Below, one piece after another: positions 31,756 to 41,901 of a stretch of DNA of 64,000 nt. This DNA is from Lacisediminimonas sp. (lineage in GTDB: Bacteria; Pseudomonadota; Gammaproteobacteria; Burkholderiales; Burkholderiaceae_D): contig NZ_JAUSNH010000042.1 of assembly GCF_030645335.1 (NCBI RefSeq), positions 25,199-89,198 on the forward strand, read 5' to 3'. The translations under genes and the position numbers were made by a program. The notes under the pieces were generated by a model. It was given only the letters and a program-made list of their open reading frames with translations. It made no database searches and was not told the origin of the DNA. Position 1 is the stretch's first letter, and each line of letters begins with the position of its first letter.

Positions 31756-33561
31756 ATGTCAATGCGAACTGAATACTGCGGCCTGACCTCCGAGAAGCTG
31801 CTCGGGCAAACCGTCAGCCTGTGCGGCTGGGTGCATCGCCGCCGCGACCACGGCGGTGTGATCTTCATCGACCTGCGCGACCGTGAGGGCCTGGTGCAGG
31901 TGGTGTGTGATCCGGATCGTGCCGAGGTCTTCAAGTCGGCCGAGGCGGTGCGCAACGAGTTTTGCCTGCGCGTGACCGGCATCGTGCGCCTGCGCCCTGA
32001 AGGTACGGCAAATGCCGGCCTGACTTCAGGCAAGATCGAAGTGCTGTGCCATGAGCTCGAAGTGCTCAATCCTTCGGTCACGCCGCCGTTCCAGCTCGAC
32101 GACGACAATCTGTCGGAAACCACCCGCCTGACGCATCGCGTGCTCGACCTGCGCCGCCCGCAGATGCAAAAGAACCTGATGCTGCGCTACAAGGTGACGA
32201 TGGAGGTGCGCAAGTACCTCGACCACAACGGCTTCATCGACATTGAAACGCCGATGCTGACCAAGTCCACGCCCGAGGGCGCGCGCGACTACCTGGTGCC
32301 GTCGCGTGTGAATGCCGGCGAATTCTTTGCATTGCCGCAGTCGCCGCAGTTGTTCAAGCAATTGCTGATGGTGGCCAACTTCGACCGTTACTACCAGATC
32401 ACAAAGTGCTTCCGCGACGAAGACTTGCGTGCTGACCGGCAACCTGAATTTACCCAGATCGACTGCGAAACCTCGTTCATGTCCGAGCAGGAGATCCGCG
32501 ACCTGTTCGAGGACATGCTGCGCACCGTATTCAAGAATGCGCTTGGCGTGGAGCTGCCGTCGCCATTCCCGGTCATGAACTTCGAAACGGCGATGGGCAT
32601 GTACGGGTCGGACAAGCCCGACATGCGCGTGAAGCTGGAGTTCACCGAACTGACCGACGTAATGAAAGACGTCGACTTCAAGGTCTTTGCCGGCGCCGCC
32701 AATTCAGAGGGCGGACGTGTGGTGGGGCTGCGCATTCCGGGCGGTGGCAGCATGCCGCGTTCCGAGATCGACGCCTACACCCAGTTCGTCGCCATTTACG
32801 GCGCCCGCGGGCTGGCCTACATCAAGGTCAACGAAAAGGCGAAGGGCCGTGACGGCCTGCAGTCGCCAATCGTCAAGAACCTGCATGACGCCGCACTCTC
32901 GCGCATCATCGAGCTGACCGGTGCACAGGACGGCGACCTGATTTTCTTTGGCGCCGACAAGGCCAAGGTCGTCAACGACGCGATCGGCGCATTGCGGGTC
33001 AAGATCGGTCATAGCGAGTTCGGCCGCAAGAATGGCCTGTTCGACGAAGACTGGCGTCCGCTGTGGGTGGTCGATTTCCCGATGTTCGAATATGACGAAG
33101 GCGCTGACCGTTGGGTTGCCTTGCACCACCCGTTCACCGCGCCCAAGCCGGGGCATGAAGACTTCATCGATACCGATCCCGGCCGTGCCGTGGCGCAAGC
33201 CTACGACATGGTGCTCAATGGCTGGGAACTGGGCGGCGGCTCGGTCCGTATCCATCGCGCCGACGTCCAGAGCAAGGTGTTCCGGGCACTCAAGATCAAC
33301 GATGAGGAAGCCCAGCTCAAGTTCGGCTTCCTGCTCGATGCCTTGCAGTACGGCGCGCCGCCACATGGCGGACTGGCCTTTGGCCTGGACCGTATCGTGA
33401 CCATGATGACCGGTGCGGAGTCGATCCGCGACGTGATCGCGTTCCCGAAGACCCAGCGCGCACAATGCCTGTTGACGCAAGCACCATCGCCAGTCGACGA
33501 GAAACAATTGCGCGAACTGCACATTCGCCTGCGCAATCCGGAACCGGTCGCGAAATCCTAG
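31756..33561 (+). CDS. aspS: Aspartate-tRNA ligase
   Basis: [52 protein letters not shown]. Confidence 0.98.
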   Translation: MSMRTEYCGLTSEKLLGQTVSLCGWVHRRRDHGGVIFIDLRDREGLVQVVCDPDRAEVFKSAEAVRNEFCLRVTGIVRLRPEGTANAGLTSGKIEVLCHELEVLNPSVTPPFQLDDDNLSETTRLTHRVLDLRRPQMQKNLMLRYKVTMEVRKYLDHNGFIDIETPMLTKSTPEGARDYLVPSRVNAGEFFALPQSPQLFKQLLMVANFDRYYQITKCFRDEDLRADRQPEFTQIDCETSFMSEQEIRDLFEDMLRTVFKNALGVELPSPFPVMNFETAMGMYGSDKPDMRVKLEFTELTDVMKDVDFKVFAGAANSEGGRVVGLRIPGGGSMPRSEIDAYTQFVAIYGARGLAYIKVNEKAKGRDGLQSPIVKNLHDAALSRIIELTGAQDGDLIFFGADKAKVVNDAIGALRVKIGHSEFGRKNGLFDEDWRPLWVVDFPMFEYDEGADRWVALHHPFTAPKPGHEDFIDTDPGRAVAQAYDMVLNGWELGGGSVRIHRADVQSKVFRALKINDEEAQLKFGFLLDALQYGAPPHGGLAFGLDRIVTMMTGAESIRDVIAFPKTQRAQCLLTQAPSPVDEKQLRELHIRLRNPEPVAKS

Positions 33562-33584
33562 TCCGGGCAGAGTGCGGCATAATC

Positions 33585-33611
33585 AAGGCGCGAGCTTCTC
33601 GCGCCTTTTTT
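33585..33611 (+). terminator. Intrinsic terminator after aspS
   Basis: AAGGCGCGAG-CTT-CTCGCGCCTT followed by a T run. Confidence 0.82.
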
Positions 33612-33660
33612 ATTTTCGCCGCATCAACGAATTTCAAGTCATTCCCGGAAATGGCCTTCC

Positions 33661-34155
33661 ATGCAACAACGCACCTACAAAATTCCGGAGTCGGTACTGG
33701 TGGTGATCCACACGACGGAACTCGATGTACTGCTGATCGAACGGACAGACCGCAAAGAGTATTGGCAATCGGTCACCGGTTCCAAGGATTTCCCGGACGA
33801 AGACCTGCGCACCACGGCGATGCGGGAAGTCCATGAGGAAACCGGCATCCGGATCGGTGATGATGGCCACGTGCCACCAGACTGCCTGGTCGATTGGCAA
33901 ATGTCGAACGTGTATGAAATCTATCCGGTGTGGCGCAATCGCTACGCGCCCGGCATTACCAGGAACGTGGAACACGTATTCAGCTTGCAGGTGCCGCGTG
34001 ATGTGCCTGTATTGCTGTCACCGCTCGAACACACCCGCAGCCTGTGGCTGCCGTGGCGCGAGGCTGCCGACCATTGCTTCTCGCCATCCAATGCCGAAGC
34101 GATCCTGCAGCTCCCCGTGCGTTTGCAGGCAATGCGCAATGAAAAGGCCCAATGA
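33661..34155 (+). CDS. nudB: Dihydroneopterin triphosphate diphosphatase
   Basis: YKIPESVLVVI, WQSVTGS, Nudix box REVHEETG; downstream of aspS. Confidence 0.93.
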   Translation: MQQRTYKIPESVLVVIHTTELDVLLIERTDRKEYWQSVTGSKDFPDEDLRTTAMREVHEETGIRIGDDGHVPPDCLVDWQMSNVYEIYPVWRNRYAPGITRNVEHVFSLQVPRDVPVLLSPLEHTRSLWLPWREAADHCFSPSNAEAILQLPVRLQAMRNEKAQ

Positions 34156-34958
34156 AGCTGAAAATCGTTACCTATAACATCCACAAGGGCGTGTCCTCGT
34201 TTGGCAGCCGGCCGCGCATACAGGCGCTGAAGACGGCGATCGGCTCCCTCAATGCAGACATCCTGTTCATGCAGGAAGTGCAGGGGCGGCACGACCTGCT
34301 GGCGCTGCGCTATGCCGGCAGCTGGCCGATGCAAGGCCAGCATGAATTCCTGGCCGGCGACGATCAACACGCCGTGTACGGGCTGAACGCTGCCTACGAT
34401 CATGGCCATCATGGCAACGCCCTGTTGTCCAACTTTCCCATCATCCACTCGCGCAACCAGGATGTTTCCGACCACGCCTACGAGGCGCGCGGGATACTGC
34501 ATTGCGTGGTGCGCGTGAAAGAAACCGACGTCCATTGCTATGTGGTGCATCTCGGCTTGTTTGCCGGCAGCCGCAAGCGCCAGATCGATGCGTTGGTCGA
34601 CGCTGTCGCCGGTTCTGCGCCCGCCGATGCGCCGCTGATCATCGCGGGCGACTTCAATGACTGGGAAAACAAGTTGAGCCAAACCTTGTCCGACCGCCTG
34701 CAAGTGCGCGAAGTGTCCGATACCAATCTTTCGCGCCTGGGATTCGGCACCTACCTGCGCCGGCTGGCCGGCCGCGGTCCGAAAATCCAGCCGGCCCGGA
34801 CCTTCCCGGCAGCCATGCCCGTGTTGAAGCTGGACCGGATCTATGTGCGCGGGTTCGAGGTTGAATCGGCCCAGGTACTGCACGGCGTGCGCTGGGCCCG
34901 CCTGTCTGACCATGCGCCGCTGATCGCAACGCTCAAGCTGTCGGCATCCTTTGCCTGA
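34152..34958 (+). CDS. Endonuclease/exonuclease/phosphatase family protein (YbhP-like)
   Basis: TYNIHKG, QEV, GNALLS, GDFNDW, LDRIY, SDHAPL. Confidence 0.92.
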   Translation: MKLKIVTYNIHKGVSSFGSRPRIQALKTAIGSLNADILFMQEVQGRHDLLALRYAGSWPMQGQHEFLAGDDQHAVYGLNAAYDHGHHGNALLSNFPIIHSRNQDVSDHAYEARGILHCVVRVKETDVHCYVVHLGLFAGSRKRQIDALVDAVAGSAPADAPLIIAGDFNDWENKLSQTLSDRLQVREVSDTNLSRLGFGTYLRRLAGRGPKIQPARTFPAAMPVLKLDRIYVRGFEVESAQVLHGVRWARLSDHAPLIATLKLSASFA

Positions 34959-35030
34959 CATCGGCATGGCCCCCGGGCAAGCGCACAGGGCAGCGGCGAT
35001 GCGCCCGTTCACCCTCGCGGCGTCGCATTG

Positions 35031-36194
35031 ATGCGCGCGATCGCCTACACCGCCGGCAATGACGTCACCCTGCTGCATCGCGGCGATGAGTATTTCCCGG
35101 CGCTGATCGCGGCATTCGACGCGGCCCGCTCCGAGATCTGGCTCGAAACGTATATCTTTGCGCTCGACCCGACCGGTGACCAGGTCAAGGCGGCGCTGAT
35201 CCGCGCTGCCGGGCGCGGTGTCGCCGTGCATGTCGTGACGGACTGGCTCGGTACCGGCCACAGGGAGTCGGCAATCCTGCAGCGTGAATTCCTGCAGGCC
35301 GGCGTGTCGCACCGCTCCTTCAATCCGTGGTTTCGTCGGGGTGTCACGCGCATGCACCGAAAAATGTGCGTGATCGACGCCGATCTGGCCTACCTGGGTG
35401 GACTGAACATCATCGACGACATGGTCGATGACGGCGATCCCAGTGTGCGCTTGCCAGCACCGCGCTGGGACTTTGCGATCAGGATAGCCGGCCCGCTGGT
35501 GGACGCGATCGATCGTGAGTTGAAAGGCCAGTGGGCGCGGCTCGGAAAGCTGCCGCTGATCTCGCGCATCGAGGGCCTTATGCGACCATCCGGCCCCCGT
35601 ACGCCGTCCGACAATGCGCCAGCCGTGGCCGCCCTGATCGTGCGCGACAGCTTTCGCAACCGGGTGACGATACAGCGTGCCTACCTGCACGCGCTCGGGC
35701 ATGCGCGCCGGGACGTGCTGCTGGTGACGCCGTACTTCGCTCCCGGCCGCAAATTGCGGGCCGCGCTGGAGTCCGCCGCCAGCCGCGGCGTGCGGGTCAC
35801 CCTGCTGCTGGGTGTTGGCCAGTTTTCCATGCAGGACGCCGTCGCCCACTCGTATTACCCGAAGCTGATGCGGGCCGGCGTCCATATTGTCGAATACCGC
35901 AAGACCCAGTTGCATGGCAAGGTGGCGGTAATCGATGAGGACTGGGCGACGGTCGGCTCGAGCAATTGCGATGGCCTGAGCCTGTTCGTCAACCAGGAGG
36001 CCAACATCGTGGTGCGCGACGCCGAGTTTTCCCGCGCGCTGCGCGAGCACATCCTGTCCGGCCTGGCCGAGGGAAGCCCGGTCAAGCTGGATGAATTCAG
36101 CAACCGGCCCTTGTTGCAGCGGCTGGGGCATGGCGCAGCCTTCCTGCTTTACCGTGCAGTGATGCGGGTCATTACGCTGGGGGAATACAATTGA
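35031..36194 (+). CDS. clsB: Cardiolipin synthase B-like phospholipase D
   Basis: Two HKD motifs (HRKMCVID, HGKVAVID), GSSN; follows an EEP gene, as in ybhP-clsB. Confidence 0.85.
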   Translation: MRAIAYTAGNDVTLLHRGDEYFPALIAAFDAARSEIWLETYIFALDPTGDQVKAALIRAAGRGVAVHVVTDWLGTGHRESAILQREFLQAGVSHRSFNPWFRRGVTRMHRKMCVIDADLAYLGGLNIIDDMVDDGDPSVRLPAPRWDFAIRIAGPLVDAIDRELKGQWARLGKLPLISRIEGLMRPSGPRTPSDNAPAVAALIVRDSFRNRVTIQRAYLHALGHARRDVLLVTPYFAPGRKLRAALESAASRGVRVTLLLGVGQFSMQDAVAHSYYPKLMRAGVHIVEYRKTQLHGKVAVIDEDWATVGSSNCDGLSLFVNQEANIVVRDAEFSRALREHILSGLAEGSPVKLDEFSNRPLLQRLGHGAAFLLYRAVMRVITLGEYN

Positions 36195-36251
36195 GAACGC
36201 ACCAGATCGACCGCGCTGCGATCGAAACCGGCACAGACGCAGCGGTGCCGC

Positions 36252-36620
36252 ATGGATAGCGTCAGGATCGACAAATGGTTGTGGGCCGCGCGTTTTTTCA
36301 AAACCCGGTCCCTGGCCACCCAGGCCGTGGAATCCGGACGAGTGCGCCTGGGCGGCGAACGCGTCAAGCCGGCGCGTAATCTCAAGCGAGGTGAGCGCTT
36401 GCACATCGAAAACGAAAGCGGGATCTTCGACATCGATGTGATCGACCTTGGCGACAAGCGCGGACCGGCCGCCTTTGCCCAGTCCCTCTATCTGGAAACG
36501 CCCGCCAGCATCGCCCAGCGTCAGGTCAGTGCTGACGACCGGCGTCTGTTCCGCGAACCGGCCACATCGATCAAGGGTCGTCCGACCAAGCGCGACCGCC
36601 GGCAGCTGGATCGCGAATGA
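36252..36620 (+). CDS. hslR: S4-domain heat shock protein Hsp15
   Basis: RIDKWLWAARFFKTRSLA, GRPTKRDRR. Confidence 0.92.
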   Translation: MDSVRIDKWLWAARFFKTRSLATQAVESGRVRLGGERVKPARNLKRGERLHIENESGIFDIDVIDLGDKRGPAAFAQSLYLETPASIAQRQVSADDRRLFREPATSIKGRPTKRDRRQLDRE

Positions 36621-36855
36621 CGCAGTGGCAATGCAGCAGGGATGCTGCATTGCATGAGCGCGAAGCTTGCGACCTTGCGCCTGTCCCGGCAAGCGGGCGC
36701 GAGGTTTGCCGCCAGCCGGTCAGGCGCCGCAGGCGGACAGAGTCCGCCGAACTTCAAGAAACGCCAGCCCTCGCATGGGACCCGGACCGCCTCTCACCCG
36801 GTCTACTTAGAAACCCTGCTCTACGATGCCCTTTGACTTTTGAAGGTCCGTGAAT

Positions 36856-36875
36856 AATAGTACGAACGTTCGCAC
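36856..36875. promoter_or_regulatory. Probable FadP-type (TetR) operator overlapping the promoter
   Basis: AATAGTACGAACGTTCGCAC, a pseudo-palindrome (ACG-AA-CGT core) resembling the betaproteobacterial FadP box as recalled. TTGACT (-35-like) at 36833-36838. Confidence 0.6.
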
Positions 36876-36885
36876 AAATAATCAG

Positions 36886-37566
36886 ATGACAGATAACACG
36901 CCAAAGTTCATGCGCAAGGGGGAGCTCACCCGCGCCGCAATCCTCGATGTTGCCCTTGGCCTGGCCAGTCGCGATGGCCTGGAAGGCCTGACCATCGGCC
37001 TGTTGGCCGACAGGATGAACATGAGCAAGTCGGGTGTGTTCGCGCACTTCGGCTCCCGTATCGAGCTGCAGATTGAAGTGCTCAAGCTGTACCACACCGT
37101 TTTCGAAAACGAAGTATTTTCCCCCAGCTTGCAGGCGCCGCGCGGATTGCCCCGGCTGGAAGCCATGTTTGCGCGCTGGATCAAACGGGTCACCGTCGAA
37201 ATTGCATCAGGTTGCATATACATTAGTGGAGCCGTTGAGTACGACGACCGGCCCGGCGAAGTCCGGGAAGAACTCGTCGCGATGGTGCGGGTCTGGCAGG
37301 CCGCGCTGCACCGGTGCGTGGTGCAGGCAATTGAAATGGGCCATTTGCAGGACGGCACCGATCCGCAGCAACTGGTTTTTGAAATGTATGGGCTGGTGCT
37401 GGCACTGCATCACGATGCCCGCTTCATCAAGCGGCCGGGCAGCGTGGAACGGGCCGAGGTCGGGTTTGCGCGCCTGATTGCCGATTACCGCAAGCAAGAC
37501 GCCGGGACTGCCGGAAACAATCAAACAAAAACGAGCAGGGCAGCAATTCGCAAGACCGCTGCCTGA
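36886..37566 (+). CDS. TetR-family regulator of fatty-acid degradation (FadP-like)
   Basis: MRKGELTRAAILD, HTH MSKSGVFAHFGS; heads a beta-oxidation operon. Start 36886 or 36910. Confidence 0.88.
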   Translation: MTDNTPKFMRKGELTRAAILDVALGLASRDGLEGLTIGLLADRMNMSKSGVFAHFGSRIELQIEVLKLYHTVFENEVFSPSLQAPRGLPRLEAMFARWIKRVTVEIASGCIYISGAVEYDDRPGEVREELVAMVRVWQAALHRCVVQAIEMGHLQDGTDPQQLVFEMYGLVLALHHDARFIKRPGSVERAEVGFARLIADYRKQDAGTAGNNQTKTSRAAIRKTAA

Positions 37567-37598
37567 TCGATCCGATCAGCCATTTAGGAGAGTAATCC

Positions 37599-39389
37599 AT
37601 GGGTCAGTACACCCCGCCGCTGCGTGACATGCGGTTCGTGATGCACGAATTGCTGGATGTCGAGGCTGAACTCAAGCAGCTTCCCAAGCATGCCGACATC
37701 GACGCCGACATCATCAACCAGGTGCTGGAAGAGGGCGGAAAATTTACTTCGCAGGTGCTGTTTCCGATCAATCATAGCGGCGACCGCGAAGGCTGCACCC
37801 TGGACCAGGCGACCCACGAGGTAAAGACGCCAACCGGCTTCAAGGCGGCCTACCAGCAATATGTCGAAGCCGGCTGGCCGGCACTGTCCTGCGATCCGGC
37901 GTTTGGCGGGCAGGGCTTGCCGCTGGTGATCAACAATGCGTTCTACGAGATGATGAACTCGGCCAACCAGGCCTGGACCATGTACCCGGGGCTGTCGCAT
38001 GGCGCCTACGAGTGCCTGCATGCGCACGGCACGCCCGAACAGCAGGCGCTGTACCTGCCCAAGCTGGTGTCGGGCGAATGGACCGGCACCATGTGCCTGA
38101 CCGAGCCGCACTGCGGCACCGACCTGGGCCTGCTGCGCAGCAAGGCGGAACCGCAGGCCGATGGTTCGTACAAGATCAGCGGCGGCAAGATATTCATATC
38201 TGCCGGCGAGCATGACATGGCCGCCAACATCGTCCACCTGGTGCTGGCGCGACTGCCTGACGCGCCGATTGGCACGCGCGGCATTTCGCTGTTCCTGGTG
38301 CCAAAGTTCATCCCGGCCGCAGATGGCTCGCTGGGTGCGCGCAATCCGGTCTTCTGCGGCGCGCTGGAAGAGAAAATGGGCATCCATGGCAATTCAACTT
38401 GCCAGATCAATCTCGATGGCGCCACCGGCTGGCTGATCGGCGAAGCGAACAAGGGATTGAACGCCATGTTCGTGATGATGAATGCCGCGCGGCTGGGTGT
38501 GGGCATGCAGTCGCTCGGCCTGACTGAAGTGGCCTATCAGAACGCGCTGGCTTACGCCAAGGAGCGCCTGCAAATGCGCAGCCTGTCGGGCGTCAAGGCG
38601 CCGGACAAGCCGGCCGACCCGATCATCGTGCATCCGGATGTGCGGCGCATGTTGCTGACTGCCCGCGCCTATGCCGAAGGCGGGCGTGCCTTTACCAGCT
38701 ATATCGCGCTGCTGATCGACAAGGAACTGAACCATCCGGACGAGGAAGTACGCAAGGAAGCAGGCGACCAGGTCGTTTTGCTCACGCCCATCATCAAGGC
38801 CTTCCTGACCGATAACGGCTGGATCGCAACCTCCGAAGCGATGCAGGTGTACGGCGGCCACGGTTACATCGTCGAATGGGGCATGGAGCAATACGTGCGC
38901 GACGCCCGCATCAACATGATCTACGAAGGCACCAACACCGTGCAATCGCTGGACCTGCTGGGCCGCAAGATCCTGATGGACAACGGCGCCAAGCTGCGCA
39001 AGTTCGGCGAGCAAGTGAAAGCTTTCGTGGAAGACAACGGCACCGACGAAGCGATGTCCGAATTCATCACTCCGCTGGCCGACCTGGGTGACAAGGTGAC
39101 CAAGCTGACGATGGAAATCGGCATGAAGGCGTTACAGAACCAGGACGAAGTCGGCGCGGCTGCCGTACCCTACCTGCGCGTGCTCGGTCACCTGGTGTTT
39201 TCCTATTTCTTTGCGCGGATGGCGAAAATCGCGCTGGAAAAACAGGACTCGGGCGACGACTTTTACAAAGCCAAGCTGGGGACGGCGCGCTTCTATTTTG
39301 CGCGCCTGTTGCCGGAAACCGCGATGCTGATTCGTCAGGCACGGTCCGGATCGGCATCGCTGATGGCGCTTGACGCCGACCTGTTGTGA
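37599..39389 (+). CDS. Acyl-CoA dehydrogenase
   Basis: GTMCLTEPHCGTDL, KIFISAGEHD, KMGIHG, QVYGGHGY, IYEGTN. Confidence 0.95.
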   Translation: MGQYTPPLRDMRFVMHELLDVEAELKQLPKHADIDADIINQVLEEGGKFTSQVLFPINHSGDREGCTLDQATHEVKTPTGFKAAYQQYVEAGWPALSCDPAFGGQGLPLVINNAFYEMMNSANQAWTMYPGLSHGAYECLHAHGTPEQQALYLPKLVSGEWTGTMCLTEPHCGTDLGLLRSKAEPQADGSYKISGGKIFISAGEHDMAANIVHLVLARLPDAPIGTRGISLFLVPKFIPAADGSLGARNPVFCGALEEKMGIHGNSTCQINLDGATGWLIGEANKGLNAMFVMMNAARLGVGMQSLGLTEVAYQNALAYAKERLQMRSLSGVKAPDKPADPIIVHPDVRRMLLTARAYAEGGRAFTSYIALLIDKELNHPDEEVRKEAGDQVVLLTPIIKAFLTDNGWIATSEAMQVYGGHGYIVEWGMEQYVRDARINMIYEGTNTVQSLDLLGRKILMDNGAKLRKFGEQVKAFVEDNGTDEAMSEFITPLADLGDKVTKLTMEIGMKALQNQDEVGAAAVPYLRVLGHLVFSYFFARMAKIALEKQDSGDDFYKAKLGTARFYFARLLPETAMLIRQARSGSASLMALDADLL

Positions 39390-39425
39390 TAGCCCCGGCT
39401 GTCATCAAATCACTGCTCTGAAGGA

Positions 39426-41819
39426 ATGAACATGTCGAATTTTATCGTCAGGAAAGTGGCGGTTCTCGGCGCTGGCGTGATGGGCGCGCAGATCGCCGCG
39501 CATTGCGTCAACGCCCGTGTGCCGGTGGTGCTGTTTGACCTGCCCGCAAAAGAGGGCCCGAAGAACGGCATCGTGCTGCGCGCGATCGAGAACCTGAAGA
39601 AACTCAGTCCCGCCCCATTGGGCATCCGTGATGAAGCCTCGTTGATCCAGGCCGCGAATTACGAAGATGACCTCGCCCTGCTGCAGGGCTGCGACCTGGT
39701 GATCGAAGCGATTGCCGAGCGCATGGACTGGAAGCATGACCTGTACAAGAAGGTCGCCCCGCATATCGCCGGTCATGCGATTTTTGCGACCAATACCTCC
39801 GGCCTGTCGATCACCCGGCTGTCCGAGGGCTTCGATGCGCAATTGCAGGCGCGTTTCTGCGGCGTGCATTTTTTCAATCCACCGCGCTACATGCATCTGG
39901 TGGAGCTGATCCCGACCGCCGCCACCCGGCCCGATATCCTCGACCAGCTGGAAGCCTTCCTGACCACCAACCTGGGCAAGGGTGTCGTGCGCGCCAAAGA
40001 TACGCCGAACTTCATCGGCAACCGGGTCGGCGTATTCGGCATGCTGGCCACCATTCACGAGGCGCAGAAATTCGGCTTGAGCGTCGATGTGGTTGACGAC
40101 CTGACCGGTGCGCGGCTGGGACGCGCCAAATCCGGCACCTTCCGCACCGCCGATGTCGTCGGACTGGACACGATGGGCCATGTGATCCGGACCATGCAGG
40201 ACAACCTGCAGGATGATCCTTTCTTCGACGCTTACCAGACCCCCGCAATCCTGCAGCAACTGGTGCAGGCAGGTGCGCTGGGCCAGAAGACCGGCGCCGG
40301 TTTTTACAAGAAGGTCGGCCGCGATATCTTGCGCATAGACGCCGCCAAAGGTGACTACGTCCCCTCTACCGGCAAGGTCGATGACCTGGTCGGCCGCATC
40401 CTGAAAGAAAAAGATCCAGCCAAGCGCATGAAGGCGCTGCACGACTCCACCAATCCGCAAGCGCAGTTCCTGTGGTCGATCTTCCGTGACGGTTTCCATT
40501 ACATCGCGGTCCACCTGGAGAGCATTGCCGATAGCGCGCGCGATGTCGACTTCGCACTGCGCTGGGGCTTTGGATGGAACCTGGGCCCCTTCGAAAACTG
40601 GCAGGCGGCCGGTTGGCAGCAAGTCGCGACATGGATCAAGGAAGATATCGACGCCGGCCGTGCGCTGTCGTCGGCGCCCTTGCCGGACTGGGTATTCGAC
40701 GGCCGCACCGGCGTGCACTTTGAAGAAGGCTCCTGGTCGGCGGAGCGCCGCTGCAATGTTCCCCGTTCCGAGTTGCCGGTGTATCGGCGCCAGGTATTCC
40801 GTGCGCCCTTGCTGGGATCGGGCGCAGCCGACGGCCGCAACGGCGGCAAGACTGTTTTCGAGGACGAATCCGCGCGCATCTGGCACCAGGAAGACGACGT
40901 GCTGGTGCTGTCCTTGAAGACCAAGATGCATGTGATTGGCCCCGGCGTGATCGACGCGCTGGCGCGTGCGACCGATGAAGCGGAGCGCAATTTCAAGGGC
41001 CTGGTGATCTGGAACGCCGATGCGGCAGAAGGCGGCGCGTTCTCGGCCGGCGCCGACTTGCAGGCCATGCTGCCGGTGTTCATGTCGGGCGGCGTCAAGG
41101 CGATCGAACCCGAAGTGGCGCGGCTGCAGCAGGCGCACATGTCGCTGAAGTACGCCGGCGTGCCGGTGGTGGCGGCAGTTGCCGGCCTGGCGCTGGGCGG
41201 CGGCTGCGAACTGATGATGCATGCGGCACGCCGGGTGGCGGCAATGGAATCGTATATCGGCCTGGTTGAAGTCGGCGTGGGCCTGATTCCGGCCGGCGGC
41301 GGACTCAAGGAAGCCGCGCTGCGCGCAGCAGATGACGCGCAGGGCAACGACATCCTGCAATTCCTGAAAAATTACTTTACCAACGCCGCCATGGCCAACG
41401 TGTCCAAGTCTGCGCTCGAAGCGCGGCAGATGGGCTACCTGCGCGCGGGCGATGTGATCGTCACCAACACCCATGAGTTGCTGCATGTGGCCAGCAGCCA
41501 GGTGCGCGCCATGCACGACGCCGGCTATCGCGCGCCGGTGCCGCGGCTGGTGCCCGTCACCGGGCGTTATGGCATGGCCACCATCGGCGCGCAGTTGCTG
41601 AACATGCGCGATGGCGGCTTCATCTCGGCGCATGACTACAAGCTCGCCAGCATGATTGCCGAAATCATCAGCGGCGGCGATATCGAGCCGGGCAGCATGG
41701 TCGACGAGCAATGGTTGCTCGACCGTGAACGCCGGGCTTTCATGGAACTGCTGAACCATCCAAAAACCCAGGAACGCATCATGGGCATGATGCAGACCGG
41801 GAAGCCGGTACGCAATTGA
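39426..41819 (+). CDS. 3-hydroxyacyl-CoA dehydrogenase/enoyl-CoA hydratase (FadN-like)
   Basis: VAVLGAGVMG, NTSGL, HFFNPPRYM, C-terminal crotonase domain (FSAGADL, ALGGGCE, GLVEVGVG). Confidence 0.93.
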   Translation: MNMSNFIVRKVAVLGAGVMGAQIAAHCVNARVPVVLFDLPAKEGPKNGIVLRAIENLKKLSPAPLGIRDEASLIQAANYEDDLALLQGCDLVIEAIAERMDWKHDLYKKVAPHIAGHAIFATNTSGLSITRLSEGFDAQLQARFCGVHFFNPPRYMHLVELIPTAATRPDILDQLEAFLTTNLGKGVVRAKDTPNFIGNRVGVFGMLATIHEAQKFGLSVDVVDDLTGARLGRAKSGTFRTADVVGLDTMGHVIRTMQDNLQDDPFFDAYQTPAILQQLVQAGALGQKTGAGFYKKVGRDILRIDAAKGDYVPSTGKVDDLVGRILKEKDPAKRMKALHDSTNPQAQFLWSIFRDGFHYIAVHLESIADSARDVDFALRWGFGWNLGPFENWQAAGWQQVATWIKEDIDAGRALSSAPLPDWVFDGRTGVHFEEGSWSAERRCNVPRSELPVYRRQVFRAPLLGSGAADGRNGGKTVFEDESARIWHQEDDVLVLSLKTKMHVIGPGVIDALARATDEAERNFKGLVIWNADAAEGGAFSAGADLQAMLPVFMSGGVKAIEPEVARLQQAHMSLKYAGVPVVAAVAGLALGGGCELMMHAARRVAAMESYIGLVEVGVGLIPAGGGLKEAALRAADDAQGNDILQFLKNYFTNAAMANVSKSALEARQMGYLRAGDVIVTNTHELLHVASSQVRAMHDAGYRAPVPRLVPVTGRYGMATIGAQLLNMRDGGFISAHDYKLASMIAEIISGGDIEPGSMVDEQWLLDRERRAFMELLNHPKTQERIMGMMQTGKPVRN

Positions 41820-41901
41820 CACAGCCCCAGGCCGCGCGCATGCCCGGCATGCGACGCCAGGGACAAGCCCGCTGCTTGCAAACGAATCAGGAGAGTATCA
41901 A

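Noticed and set aside
33942-36692. 916-aa minus-strand ORF spanning nudB-EEP-clsB-hslR
   Set aside because: EEP, clsB and hslR share one frame, and this ORF is their codon-aligned antisense shadow. It has no recognisable motifs, and such ORFs are expected in high-GC DNA.
39405-41822. 805-aa antisense ORF over the 3-hydroxyacyl-CoA dehydrogenase gene
   Set aside because: Mirror-frame shadow of a well-supported gene.
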